Assembly (NCBI GenBank): GCA_023213395.1
Contig: CM041465.1
Coordinates: forward strand, 95,239,741 to 95,303,740
Length of the DNA stretch: 64,000 bases
Source: Cycas panzhihuaensis
Lineage: Eukaryota > Plantae > Cycadophyta
Reading direction: 5' to 3'
The notes under the pieces were generated by a model. The model saw nothing but the letters and a program-made list of their open reading frames with translations. It made no database searches and was not told the DNA's origin. The position numbers and the translations under genes were made by a program. This document shows, one piece after another, positions 27,587 through 38,536 of the stretch. Position 1 is the stretch's first letter. Each line of letters opens with the position of its first letter.

Positions 27587-28009
27587 TTAGGAGTGGTTAT
27601 CTGGAAGAGGGAGGTGAAGCTCAAGGATGAGGCGGACGAGGCTGTCAGCCTCAGCGTTGAGGTGCTTAGGTATATGTTGAATATCCACTGACGAGAAACA
27701 AGCCAGAAGAGACCTGGCAGCAGACGCGAGGGTTCTCAGGTGAGGGCATCGCACCTGGTAAACCTGGGTGAGAAGGGACACCACGAGCTGAGAATCGTAA
27801 AACAACACGATGGGCCCGCGATGGAAGTGGAGAGCATTGGTAAGGGCCTCAATAACGGCCATGTACTCGGCTTCGTTATTGGTAGCCTCGGGAAGAAAGA
27901 CCCTGGAACGCAAGAAATCGTGTCCGGAGGGGCTGCGAAGAATCCACACAGCGGCGGAAGGCCCGAGGTTACTGCGGCTTCCACCATCGGTAAAAATGAG
28001 GAGAGACAT
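27587..28009 (-). CDS. Stand-alone archaeal-type ribonuclease H (aRH, RNase HI-like), 140 aa, intact
   Basis: IFTDGGSRSNLGPS (D), TNNEAEY (E), YDSQLVV (D), QHIPKHLNAEADSL (H, D): the full catalytic set. ATG start, uninterrupted frame. Confidence 0.93.
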   Translation of the reverse strand: MSLLIFTDGGSRSNLGPSAAVWILRSPSGHDFLRSRVFLPEATNNEAEYMAVIEALTNALHFHRGPIVLFYDSQLVVSLLTQVYQVRCPHLRTLASAARSLLACFSSVDIQHIPKHLNAEADSLVRLILELHLPLPDNHS

Positions 28010-28528
28010 GACTAGATACTAAGCTCTGGTAATCACACAAATAGCAATGAAAGTAAAAGAAAGACCCAAATGGCGAGGAAAAAGGTGGTCGAGAAGGGTA
28101 GGAGGACCTAGCAATGAGGTTACCCGAGAACAAAAGCAAGCAATCCGGCTACTAGCTAAAAGTGGGCGGAGAAAAGACGCCCTAGAGTGCCAAAGGTTGC
28201 CTTGGGAAGCAAAACATGCCCCCAGACGGGGGAGCATTTCCTTTGGGGACCCCAGGAGCGAGAAAGGGCTGCAAAAACAAGTCCAGGGCGGCGAAATGAG
28301 CCAAACGAGTATAAACTCGGGCACGCACGGGAGTAGCGCGTAAAACGATGCAGAAGGGCCTTGGCAAACCAGGGGATGGCACCCCAGGATCAGGACAGCA
28401 GCAGCGGATGAGATGTACATATATATGGTTTTGACAGGAAAGCACAAGCCTCCAGGGGGTCATATATAGGCTCACATGATTGTACCCCCCCTGCAAGGAT
28501 CCCGGCTTCCCACATGCACGATGTACTA

Positions 28529-28530
<2 letters not shown>

Positions 28531-28605
<75 letters not shown>
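28531..28605. repeat. (TA)n microsatellite between the integrase stop and the aRH ORF
   Basis: Directly visible. Short ATGTAAAT repeats also at ~28720-28750. Confidence 0.97.
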
Positions 28606-28610
<5 letters not shown>

Positions 28611-29164
28611 GGGTAATTGGAACCCCATTTTGACATGAAATGGTGTGTATCATGTATGATAGAGGTAGCATATATGATTTACTTTATAGATGAAAATGCT
28701 TGTATGTTGCAAATGTTTGTATGTAAATATGTAAATATGTAGATATGTAAATTTTTGTTGTTAATATTTAGTTGTAACTATGCATGTGTTTCCTTCCATG
28801 TATGGCCATATGTCTAACAGGAGCACACACATCCACCGTAAGTAGAGGTGATCTAGAGGTGTGAGGTTAGAAATAGAGCGGCATGCACGTCCACAGGGGA
28901 GCATAGCAGAATATTCGAAGGAAACGATAGGCAGGAGAATGAAGTAATGATACTCCACAGCGCCGTCCTAGTTGGGGGATGCCCAAATAGGAGGACAGAG
29001 GTTCCCAAGAGTGCACGGGAATGCGGGTTCCACAGGAGGAACCAGAAGAAGAAATGCAAATCCACCTTAAATTGCCATTCTACTCATGGTTGGGAGGAAT
29101 GGGAACAATTTAAAATGGTAGTTTAGGCTCGTTTCGGAGCATGGCGAAGAAAAGAGTGGAAAGA

Positions 29165-30400
29165 TCACGCGTAAAATTTCTTGAGGAACTTTCCGTTGAC
29201 CGCTTTCTCAAATTCCAAGCCGTCTAAGGTGGCGATCCTGTATGCGCCGTTATTGAGGCTTTCGAGAACGACGAAGGGGCCCACCTACTTGGGCCTGAAT
29301 TTGGACAAGCGATCGTAAAGATACTCCAATTTGAGGACGTGGTCCCCGGGACACAAAGGACGAGCATGAAGACGTTTGTCGTGTGTCCTTTGTAAGTAGG
29401 CTTTCGAAGTGAAGTTCGCTTGATAAGCCGTTAAATGCCTCTCATCCAAGGCTTCGAGGTCTAGGAGGCGAGCCTTATGAATAGACTCCTCGTCAATGAG
29501 GCCTCGACGAGAAACCCGAAGAGAAGGGATCTCCACTTCCAATGGGAGTATCGCCTTGGTTCCGTAGACTAACGAGAATGGGGTCATTCCGGTAGCCGTG
29601 CGGATGGAAGTGCGATAAGCCCATAGAGCGGAAGGGAGTTGGATGTGCCAGTCTCTTTGAGACTGGGCAATGGTTTTCTTCAAAATGCCAACGAGCATTT
29701 TGTTGAAAGATTCAACTTGCCCGTTCGCTTGGGGGTAATAAGGGGATGACGTCTTATGCGAGATCTTGAATTTCTCGCACAATTCGTCCATTTCCTTATT
29801 ACAGAAGGAAGTTCCATTATCCGTAATTAGGACATCTGGAATTAAAGCGGCAGATAATATCTTTGGTAGACGAATGTGGCTATCGTCTTGCGGGGTAGTG
29901 GATGTGGGATTGCCTCTGCCCATTTAGTGAAGTATTCAGTAGCAGTTAAGATGTATTTGTGTTATGCGGAAGATGGCGGTGATATAGCCCCAATGAGGTA
30001 TAAACCCCATTGAGAAAAGGGCCACGGAGACACGATATGGTGCAACGCCTCAGAAGGTATGTGAGAGACGTTGGCGTGCTCCTGACAACGCTGACATCTA
30101 AGAGCACAAGCGTGGGCGTCCTTGAATAAGGACGGCCAGTAATAGCCCATACGGAGGATCCTTTGGGCCATGGATTGGCCCCAAAAGTGGCCCCCACAGA
30201 TGCCATGGTGGCAATCGTAGAGTATTTGGTCCGCTTCGTAAGGGGCGACGCAGCGAAGCAGGATCCCATCGAAAGATCTCTTGTACAACACTTCATCTAC
30301 GAGGAAGTATTGCCTCGCAGTGGCGCGGATACATGACCTAACCTTGTTACTGGTTTCAGTCAGATATCGCACAATGTCGCCATACCACTTGATGTCGGCG
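29165..30400 (-). pseudogene. Tat integrase (disrupted)
   Basis: HHCC zinc finger (CHHGICGGH...GYYWP...CQRCQ), WGLYLIG (first catalytic D>Y), LITDNGTSF, QVESFNK, GPF motif, then ...NGKFLKKFYA* ending at 29165. Contains internal stops and a frameshift. Confidence 0.93.
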
Positions 30401-30420
30401 AGTGGGTGAGGAGAAGCATC

Positions 30421-31080
30421 TTAGACGGTCATAATAGACTCGTCCGAGAAAGAGTCGTCAACGGGAACGTCGCTCGCGTTGGGAATGGCGGCATCGGCTA
30501 ATTGCTCCGCTACTATCATTCCCTTCTTTGACTTCCTGTTAACGACTTGTAAGTCGAACTCTTGCAGCAGGACGGCCCAATGTCCCGCCCTACCCGTCAA
30601 GTTCGAACGGGTAAGTAAATAACGCAAGGGATCGGATTGGACGATCACCTTGGTTGTATTACCAAGCAAGTAATGCCGAAACTTTTTGGTCGCATGGACC
30701 AAGGAGAGGCACTCCTTTTCGGCGGGGGGATAGTTTAATTCAGTGGCAACGAGAGTGCGGCTAATGAAATAAATGGCCCTCTCGGTTCCCGAATCGTCCT
30801 CCTGCACGAGCATTGCGCCCAGGAATTCATCGGTTGCCAAGGTGTATAGGATGAAGGGCCTATCAAAGCGAGGAGGCGCCAGCGTAGGGGCGGAAATGAG
30901 AGCTTCCTTGAGCCCTACGAAGGCCTTTTGGGTCTTGTCTGACCAGACAAAAGGGACTCCTTTCTTCAATAGGTTCATAAGAGGCTTGGCGTTTATGGCG
31001 AAATCTGCCAAAAAATGCCTCAAGAAACCAAGCCTGCCTAGAAACGACTTAATTTGTCGTTGGGTCCTAGGCAGCAGCAT
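30421..31080 (-). pseudogene. Canonical gypsy RNase H domain, catalytically degenerate
   Basis: FILYTLATDEFLGAML (Leu where TDAS has Asp), AEKECLSL, WAVLLQEFD. Passes directly to the integrase linker (WYGDIVRYL) with no aRH in between. Confidence 0.88.
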
Positions 31081-31122
31081 GTCAAGGATTGCCTTGACTT
31101 TTTCTGGATTGATTTGGATTCC

Positions 31123-32145
31123 TTATTGGGACACGAGGAAACCTAAGAGTTTGCCTGAAGTGACGGCAAACACGCATTTCAGCGGGTTTAGACTAACATG
31201 GTATTTGCAGCATCTCACAAAGATGGCGTGCAAGTCGGAGGAATGATGGGCTCTGGAATGAGAAAGGCCCATCATATCGTCCATGAAGACCTCCATCGTG
31301 TTGTTGATGAGGTCGTGAAGGATAAAATGCATGTCTCTTTGATAAGTAGCCCCTGCATTCTTAAGGCCAAAGGGCATTGCCTTATAGGCAAAGGTACCCC
31401 ATGGCGTAGTGAAGGCAGTCTTATGGCGGTCTTCAGGAGAAATCTGAATCTGGTTGTAACCGGAGAAGCCGTCCATCAAGGACATAACTTCGAATCTGGT
31501 CGTACAATCGATTATTTGATCGATGAAGGGGAGAGGAAAGTTGTCCTTAGGACAAGCGTTGTTTATGTCGCGAAAATCGACACAAATACGAATGGTCCCG
31601 TTCTTCTTAGCAACGGGAACGATATTCGATACCCACTTAGGGTAATCGATGGAAGAAATGAGTCCCGCCTCCAGAAGCTTCTCAACTTCCATCTTAATAG
31701 CAGCTGAAAGCTTCGGGTGAAGGGGACGCTACTTTTAATGCATGGGGCCAGCGTCAGGAAAGGTCGTAAGGTTATGCGTGACGATGGAGGGATCAATGCC
31801 CTTCATGTCCGAGTTGTCCCATGCGAATACATCACAGAATTCCTGGAACAGGAGGGTGTATTCCCTCACTTCGTCAGGAGTACATTCCGCTCCTACCTTG
31901 ATGACCTTGTCCGGGGCAAGGACTATGTCCTGAGTTGCCCCCATGCACATGGCATTCCCCTCCTCGAAATGGAGAGGGGCAAGATCAACCGAAAGGGAGG
32001 AAACAGAAGAGGGGATTGGGTCGGCTAATGGGGACCCAATCACTAAGACCTTCTGGTGGCCAAGCTTGTGGTGACCAGGAGGCAAACTCAGCATGGAACC
32101 AGCTAAGTGTTCCAGCAAAGCCTCATCGTCTTTGAAGTAGTCCAC
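31123..32145 (-). pseudogene. Tat reverse transcriptase (with frameshifts/stops)
   Basis: DVFAW..SDMKGIDP, WVSNIVPVAKKNGTIRICVDFRDIN.ACPKDNFPLP, DGFSGYNQI, MPFGLKNAGATYQR, FMDD. Confidence 0.95.
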
Positions 32146-33209
32146 CCCATGGATGACCTGACTGGGAATGGATGAGGCGCGGGATAGCGTGGGAGCGATA
32201 GGGACCCAGATGGCCCGAACTGCCCATCATCCCTAAGAGACTCCGAAGGAGAGTCAATGAGAGGTCCGTCGTAAAAAGCAAGAGGGAAACTCTCAACATC
32301 ATCACCTACGGGAGGTGATGGGACGGAAGAGCCAGGAGTGTGATGATCAACATGCGCAATGTCATGTGACATGTGAAAATGACCAGGCTCTATAACAAAA
32401 GGGGTCATAGGAGGAAACCTAGAACTAGGAGGATGCCCCGCACTAGTGCGGAGGAATGAAACTGGGTGAGGACGATCCTCATCCTCGCTATGGGACCCGT
32501 CGTCGTCAAACACGGTGAGATACCCATAGCTCCCGACACCAATGGGGGCAAAGCGCGTCAAACCTGGAGAAGAAGGTGTGGGATCTTCTTCTCGGTAAGA
32601 GGAATCGGGAATTCCAATGGAGCAAGCTGAGGCATGGTCAGAAGGGCGCTTGTTTCCCTTCGTATGGCCATGGCTTGCCTGGGTGGAAGGCCTGGCTGGT
32701 TTGGCGAGCGATTGCTCGTGGGAGACAACCTTCATTTGTCCATTATGGACAAATTTAAGTTGCCCCCAACGGGTAGAACACACGGCTCCCATTTGGTCAA
32801 GCCATGGTCGACCCAGATGCAAGTTGTAATCAATGTCAACATCGAGGACAACAATGTCAGTGACGATAGTCTTGTCCTCGAGGGTAAGAGGTATCGAGAC
32901 AGATCCTAAGGGAGTCTTCTCGCTACCATCACAACCCTGACAGCGCCATGGAACAGGTTCCAAGGCAGAAATGCCAAGCTCTTGCATAACACGCAAGGGC
33001 ATGGCATTGACGGAAGAACCGTTGTCCACGACGGTTCTTCGCAACGTACAATCAGGAGTATCTATGGTAATGGTGAAAGGGAAGTTCCATTGGCATTCCC
33101 TTCCACTAGATGCGGGAAGATCTCTAGGATCGAAAGAGATAACGGGTTCGCACCTTTGGGTTGTGCCCAAGGCATGAACAGACGCGTCATTCGATCCTAG
33201 AGCTTCCAA
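32103..33209 (-). pseudogene. Tat aspartic protease region
   Basis: VVDNGSSVNAMP...YNLHLGRPWL protease motifs in the 368-aa ORF. Confidence 0.9.
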
Positions 33210-33221
33210 GAGAAGCGCTCG

Positions 33222-35804
33222 CTACTTGGGGTAACTTCTCAAGACGTCCATGATGGACATCCCGGCAGCCACAATGAGAAGCTCTTTGACTATGGAGAAG
33301 GGCTTACCCCTCCCTGTGGGTTGGGTAAGGGCTCTCCTAAAGTTGAATCTACCAGGGTGGACGGGAATGCTCTTGGGAAGTGCAGGAATCTCCGGAGGAA
33401 CAGCTTCCAGAGGGGGATCGAGCTGCGAGGTAGATGTGGAGGCACCAGCTACCTCCTTCGTGGCTTGAGACCGGGTTAACTCATAAAGCGGAGTGGTCTC
33501 GAGCATTTGGATCACCTTCTTTCCCTTATTACGGGGCTGCGAAGGTGATGGAGCACGGCGGTCAGGGGAGCACGAAGGGGAAGATGACCTTCGCACACCC
33601 TTCCCTCTACCATGCGAAGGGCGAGAATCGGGAGACCTATCCCGATTCTGATTGTTCCTTTGCTAAACATCATGACCTTGTTCCCCATGTTTGGGGAACG
33701 GGTCTCTATGAACGGTCTGATCGAGGTTGGGCCTCGATGCCCGCCTAGGGGACGAAACGTGCAGCAGGGCGTCGCGCGGGTGCTGTGCCTAGCAATGCGA
33801 ATCGTCATGAAAACACTCCCCGTGGATGGAACACCACCTCTTCTCAAGGGGAGGATCGATCCTCCTTGCTTGAGAAGGTTGGGTGTTACCCCCTTTGGGG
33901 GGCATCGCACGAGAAGCTTGCTGGATTGGTTTATGGGAGGTCGGTGACGAAGGAGGTTAGAGTTTTAGCTCCTTCATCATGCGCTCAAATGAGCGAATAG
34001 CGGAGGTGAGGGGATCTAGGGTCCTCTCAGTCAGATGAGAGGTGGACCTAACAGGCTGCAAAGGTTTGGTTTCCTTCACTGGAGGAGGCGCCTCGCGATG
34101 TTGCAAGGGCTTAGGAGGTTTCTTGAGTCCAGCTTGGATCTCAATGGCCTCCAACGCCAAATACCTCGTAATCGTGGAGTCACATGTAGTCGCCCCCATC
34201 TTGAGGACTTCCACATGCACTTCAGGGTGAAGTGCATTGACAAAGAGATCTCGCTTCAACTCCTCAGGCAACGTAGCCTTGGTGGAGTGAAGAAGATCAT
34301 GAAAGCATCACACAAAGTCACGATTCATCTTGTCGTGACCTTGTTTGAGCGACAGAAGTGCTTTCATTCCGCTTTCGAATGGACGGGCTACGTTAAAATA
34401 GTTGACGAACTCATCCACCAATTGCTGGAATGAAGAAATCGAATGAGCGGGAAGGCGGTAAAACCACTTGAGGGTGTCGCCCTGTAAGGATCGCAGAAAT
34501 AGCTTCATAAGGATATGGTCGTAAGCCCAATAATTGATGCACACCATAGAGAAACTGCGTACATGCTCGGTTGGGTCTTGCGACGAAGTTCCATCGAATT
34601 TGGGAACTTCAGGAGGGTGAGGCGGCAGGTTAGTCCTTAGCGCCTCAATAGACAATGGCGTCAACCTATAGTCCATGAAAGGACGTGTCCTCACTTGGGC
34701 TAATGGATCGATGACCAGCAAAGGAATGGATGGGGGTGGTAAACCCATCCCTCCTTGGGGAAACGCCTCTTGTTGGAAAGGGGGTTGCAGGTAGACGCTC
34801 TGGAAAGGAGGTATGCTCCCTTGCGATGACGTAGCAATGGGAGTTGCGCTAGATGATGGAAACGACGGGTGAGGGACCGGGTTTTGCCCATATGGGCCAC
34901 TCGTAGGTGGCGCAACTCCATATGGGTGCAATGGGTCCACCCCGTAAGTAGGAAGATGGTTTCCCCTAGCTTGCCCCCAAGGTTGAGACGTGTAACCTGT
35001 GGGCACGTAAAGGGAAGGACCACCAGTAGAGCTTTGAACGTATGTAGGAGTAGGTCCTACATAGTTAACAACAGCAACGCTAGTAGGGCCTCGAGGCCTA
35101 CTAGGGAATGCATGTACCACGTTCGAAGGTGGCACATGCGTTTGGCTCGAAAACGTCATGCTAACCCTAAGTTGGGGAAAGGACATGCCACGAACGGGTC
35201 TGGAAGAAGTAGGACCTCGGCTAGAAGTAGGCGGCGCAACGCTTGCCCTGGGAGCCGGGGTAGACACGGCATAGGACGAGTGTGCGCGGGCGGAAGCATC
35301 AATCGTTGTAGAAGGCGCAGGGACGGATGAAGAAGATGCTATATTGCGTAACACTTCTTCAAACCATCTAGGGTGCGGCTGGCGGCGAGTTGTTCGAAAG
35401 TACTCGCTAATCGCCTCGACTACGTCGGCAGGAGGGGCATCCTCGTAGCCATACAAAGTCGACGGGATCTCGAAAGTAGGGGATCCCTCAGGACGCTCCT
35501 CGTAAGGCTCACCCGTGGGATGGCAAGTCTCGTGAGGAGCTGAATCTTCCGCTGTGTGAGCGGAAGGATGAAAGTCATCAGGATGGAATTGGTCATCTGG
35601 ATAGTAGATGGAATCATCGCCCCCATGGGCGGATTCCGGAATAGATGTAGGGAACTCTTGAGTTCCCGAAGTCATGGTATGGTAGGCCCAATCAGACGGG
35701 TAACCTTCCATTGTCGAATCGGGTTTCGACGACGGGAGGGAACAAGGCGATTGGTCTTCTAACAACGGAGGTAAACCTCGCAAGTGAAGCGAGAAACGTC
35801 GCAT
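33222..35804 (-). pseudogene. Tat gag (long Pro/Ser-rich N-terminus, capsid domain, CHHC knuckle)
   Basis: PKFDG...DPTEHV..F...MKLFLRSLQGDTLKWFYRLP..SISSF..L...F. The zinc knuckle WCSIHGECFHDDSHC (Cx2Hx4Hx4C) was read by hand at ~33792-33836. Confidence 0.9.
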
Positions 35805-35966
35805 GCAATGCCTTTGCGAGCGTTGTTAGAAGAAACAAAAGAGGGAAAGAGGAAAAGTGAAGCGTGCATGTTGGGGGTTGCCCAACTAAAAACACGGAAT
35901 ACGAAACTACCTAGAGGCAAGAACACTGATAAGAAGGGGAAGCGAATTTAGCTCCCTTACTGGTAG

Positions 35967-35984
35967 TCCCCAGTATGGTCGCCA
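35967..35984 (-). promoter_or_regulatory. Primer-binding site (tRNA-Arg type)
   Basis: TGGCGACCATACTGGGGA, 1 nt from the 5' LTR. It resembles the TGGCGAC....CTGGGGA Arg-type PBS of Ogre/Tat elements. Confidence 0.85.
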
Positions 35985-35985
35985 G

Positions 35986-38536
35986 TGAAACGCTCGCTAC
36001 GGGGCGATGATCCTACGTCTATCAAAGGGATATAAAAAGGCACTATGCTAACTAAGCTAGGCCGCGAGGATCTCACCTCGTAGGACGTCCGTGCGCCAGA
36101 GCGCAGGTTCGGGACTGCAAGGTGCCTGGTTGCTTCCGTGTAGTCAGTAAAACAAGGCCTTCCTACCCTTCGGATGGCCGGGAAGGAAAGGAAACACCTT
36201 GCGCGTTATGTCTTCTCAAGGCAATGAGAAGGCAACGAAGATAGGGGCAACTAATCCAATATGCAAGTAGATGTGGTGAAAGGTGCAACGAAAGGGTGGC
36301 TTGAGTACGATACAAATAGGCTATCTATGCTATGCTATGTAAAGCAGGAAATAATGCAAAACACAAATGTTTTCCCCTTTTATCCTTTATGTTCTTTTAT
36401 CTTTTCTTATCTATTCAGACAAATGCATGAAAAAAGAAATAGCGTAAAAGGAAACACATGGGAAGTGAGGGGAATACCTGGATTCGGTGTTTGAGTGGAG
36501 GTGCGGCTTGTCTCTCTAAGTCCCGCTCCTTCTTTCTCCTTTCCCCGCGCATGCAAGGTCGATCGACAGTGGTAGAGGGGTCCACTTACCTCCCCTTGAG
36601 CATGCCAAACTAGATGAAACAAAAGGAACTGAAAAGAAGCTTGAAACTAAGAAAGAGGAGTACCGTGCGGGAGCTAACCGGCAATGGGCTCGTCTCATGT
36701 ATCACTCCGCCAACGCGATCCTGCAAACAAGTAAGAAAGGCACCTTCCTCTCGGAAGGGAGGCCGCAAGATCTACCAAGAAATATATGTATATGTATGAA
36801 CTGAAATCAACGGAAACTAAGATCTGAACTATGCATCAGAATGTAGCAAAATGAAATAAAAGCATATGGGAAACACTCACACCACCATATACCATAAAAA
36901 CATACGAACTGGAACTGAGTATAGTCTTGGGATGGCTAACTCACCCACGGGAGGTCCCCATAGAGTTTGGGAAGGAAACGCCAATTGGCAACAAGATGGA
37001 GGCGGGTTATCTTAGGCCGGTCGGGATGCCCTGACTAAATCCCCTAAACTTCCTTAGCCCGTTCCTTAGGAAAGCATGAGTGGCAAAGGGAAGAGGATAA
37101 GGGATGGAACCCTTGGGGAGAAGGACAACAATGGGGGACGGAACCCTGCCTACCTCCCTCAAATCCTCGTGTACACCTTTACACCGGCTAACTAAGGAAA
37201 GAGTGAAAGAGAGCTTAGAGAAAATAGAGGGGCTCCAAAGAAGCACTAGGAAAGTACCTCTAGTCTAAAACAACACTATGGGAGAGTTGTGGTTAACTAG
37301 GATTACATTCATTTAGAAGCAAAAGAAATAAAACCAACAGAAAAAAGAAAGAAATGAACTATTTGTAAGTAAAGACAAGAAGTTGCAAATAAAAACCAAG
37401 AGGTTGTAAGTAAGAACCAAGAAGTTACAAGCAAAAACCAAGAAGTTGCAAGTAAAAACCAAGAAGTACCTTGTATAGGGAGATTAAGCATGCACTTTGC
37501 CACTTGGAAGAACAGCAATAGATAACAAACAGAGGCTGGTTATGAGTAGTTCCTGCAAGGCTATGGCTGAAGGAAGCTCCTTGCAAGTTTGGAGCTTTGG
37601 AGTTGACCCTTGAGATAGCTTTTTGGGTGAAGAAGACCCTTGAATCCTTGAGCACCTGCAGAAAGAATAGAGCTGGCTGTGGAAAGTAGTAGGGGGCAGT
37701 AATGGACCTGCAAAATCCAGCTGATGGCAGCCCACTTCACCTTCTCCAGTTGCTGTGTATGAAGTTTTTTGTTTCTGTGTGTTTTTTCCGTGTAAAGTCT
37801 TTGAAATTCTTCTTGGGAGTTTGAAAAATGAGCAAAAAGTCCTGAAAAAATGGGAGGAAAATTCCCTTTATCCTCTGTTCACAGCAGGTGAACGTTGGGG
37901 ATGTCAAGGCATCTCTAATCGAATGAAGCCACGTGGCAGTTTTGCGAAAAAAGCAGAAACTGTCGCGTGGTTCTCTTTTTTTAAATTTCAAGCGATCGTC
38001 AAGAAACTGCATCACAGAAACTCAAGCAGACTACTGTACCACTAAGTTTACCGCGGTATCAGGTTGGAATTAAAAAAAGAGAAAAATAAATAGAAAAATT
38101 AGGTTTTGAGGAAAAAACAAAGGCTAAACATGAGTTAGAGCAGCTGAGGGAATGCCCGGGCAATGGGCAAGTACCCAAAACAATGCAAGGAGTCCTAACT
38201 AAGGCTTAAATCAGACTTAGGAAGGACTGCAACATAAGCAACATGTTGCAACAAGAGCAAATAAGACTGACAGAAACATCCCAGAGGACCGTGGGTGGCT
38301 GTGCGCCATACGGGGTGTAGCATTCGCTGAGGAATGCCCCTGCTGTGAGTCGTCATAGTCAAGGCGTCTTAGAGGCACATGCATAATGAACAAGTAGAAA
38401 AGCAATGTGTGCAGGCATATGTCAAACAACCTACTCTAAATAACCTTAATCAAACCAAGGCAAGAAAAGTAAGAGAATATACCTAAACAAACCTGCGTCG
38501 ATGCGTCTCGAGTCCATTCCTAGTAGCTGAGAAACA
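35986..38536 (-). repeat. 5' LTR of the Tat element (2551 bp)
   Basis: Direct repeat of 24636-27188, followed by TSD CATGC. Confidence 0.97.

Larger units (their letters stand above)
24636..38536 (-). mobile_element. Full-length Ty3/gypsy Tat-group LTR retrotransposon (13.9 kb)
   Basis: Two ~2.55-kb LTRs with TG...CA ends, perfect TSD CATGC (24631-24635 / 38537-38541), PBS, PPT, gag-PR-RT-RH-INT domain order, and a separate downstream aRH ORF. Confidence 0.97.

Noticed and set aside
27688-27700. CTGACGA...GAAAC resembling a hammerhead ribozyme core
   Set aside because: No room for stem II between the boxes, and it lies antisense within the aRH coding sequence.
27087-28671. ORFs with YIYIYI runs
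   Set aside because: These are translations of (TA)n microsatellites.
30773-35762. Numerous + strand ORFs overlapping gag-pol
   Set aside because: Antisense shadows of GC-rich coding sequence with no recognisable motifs.
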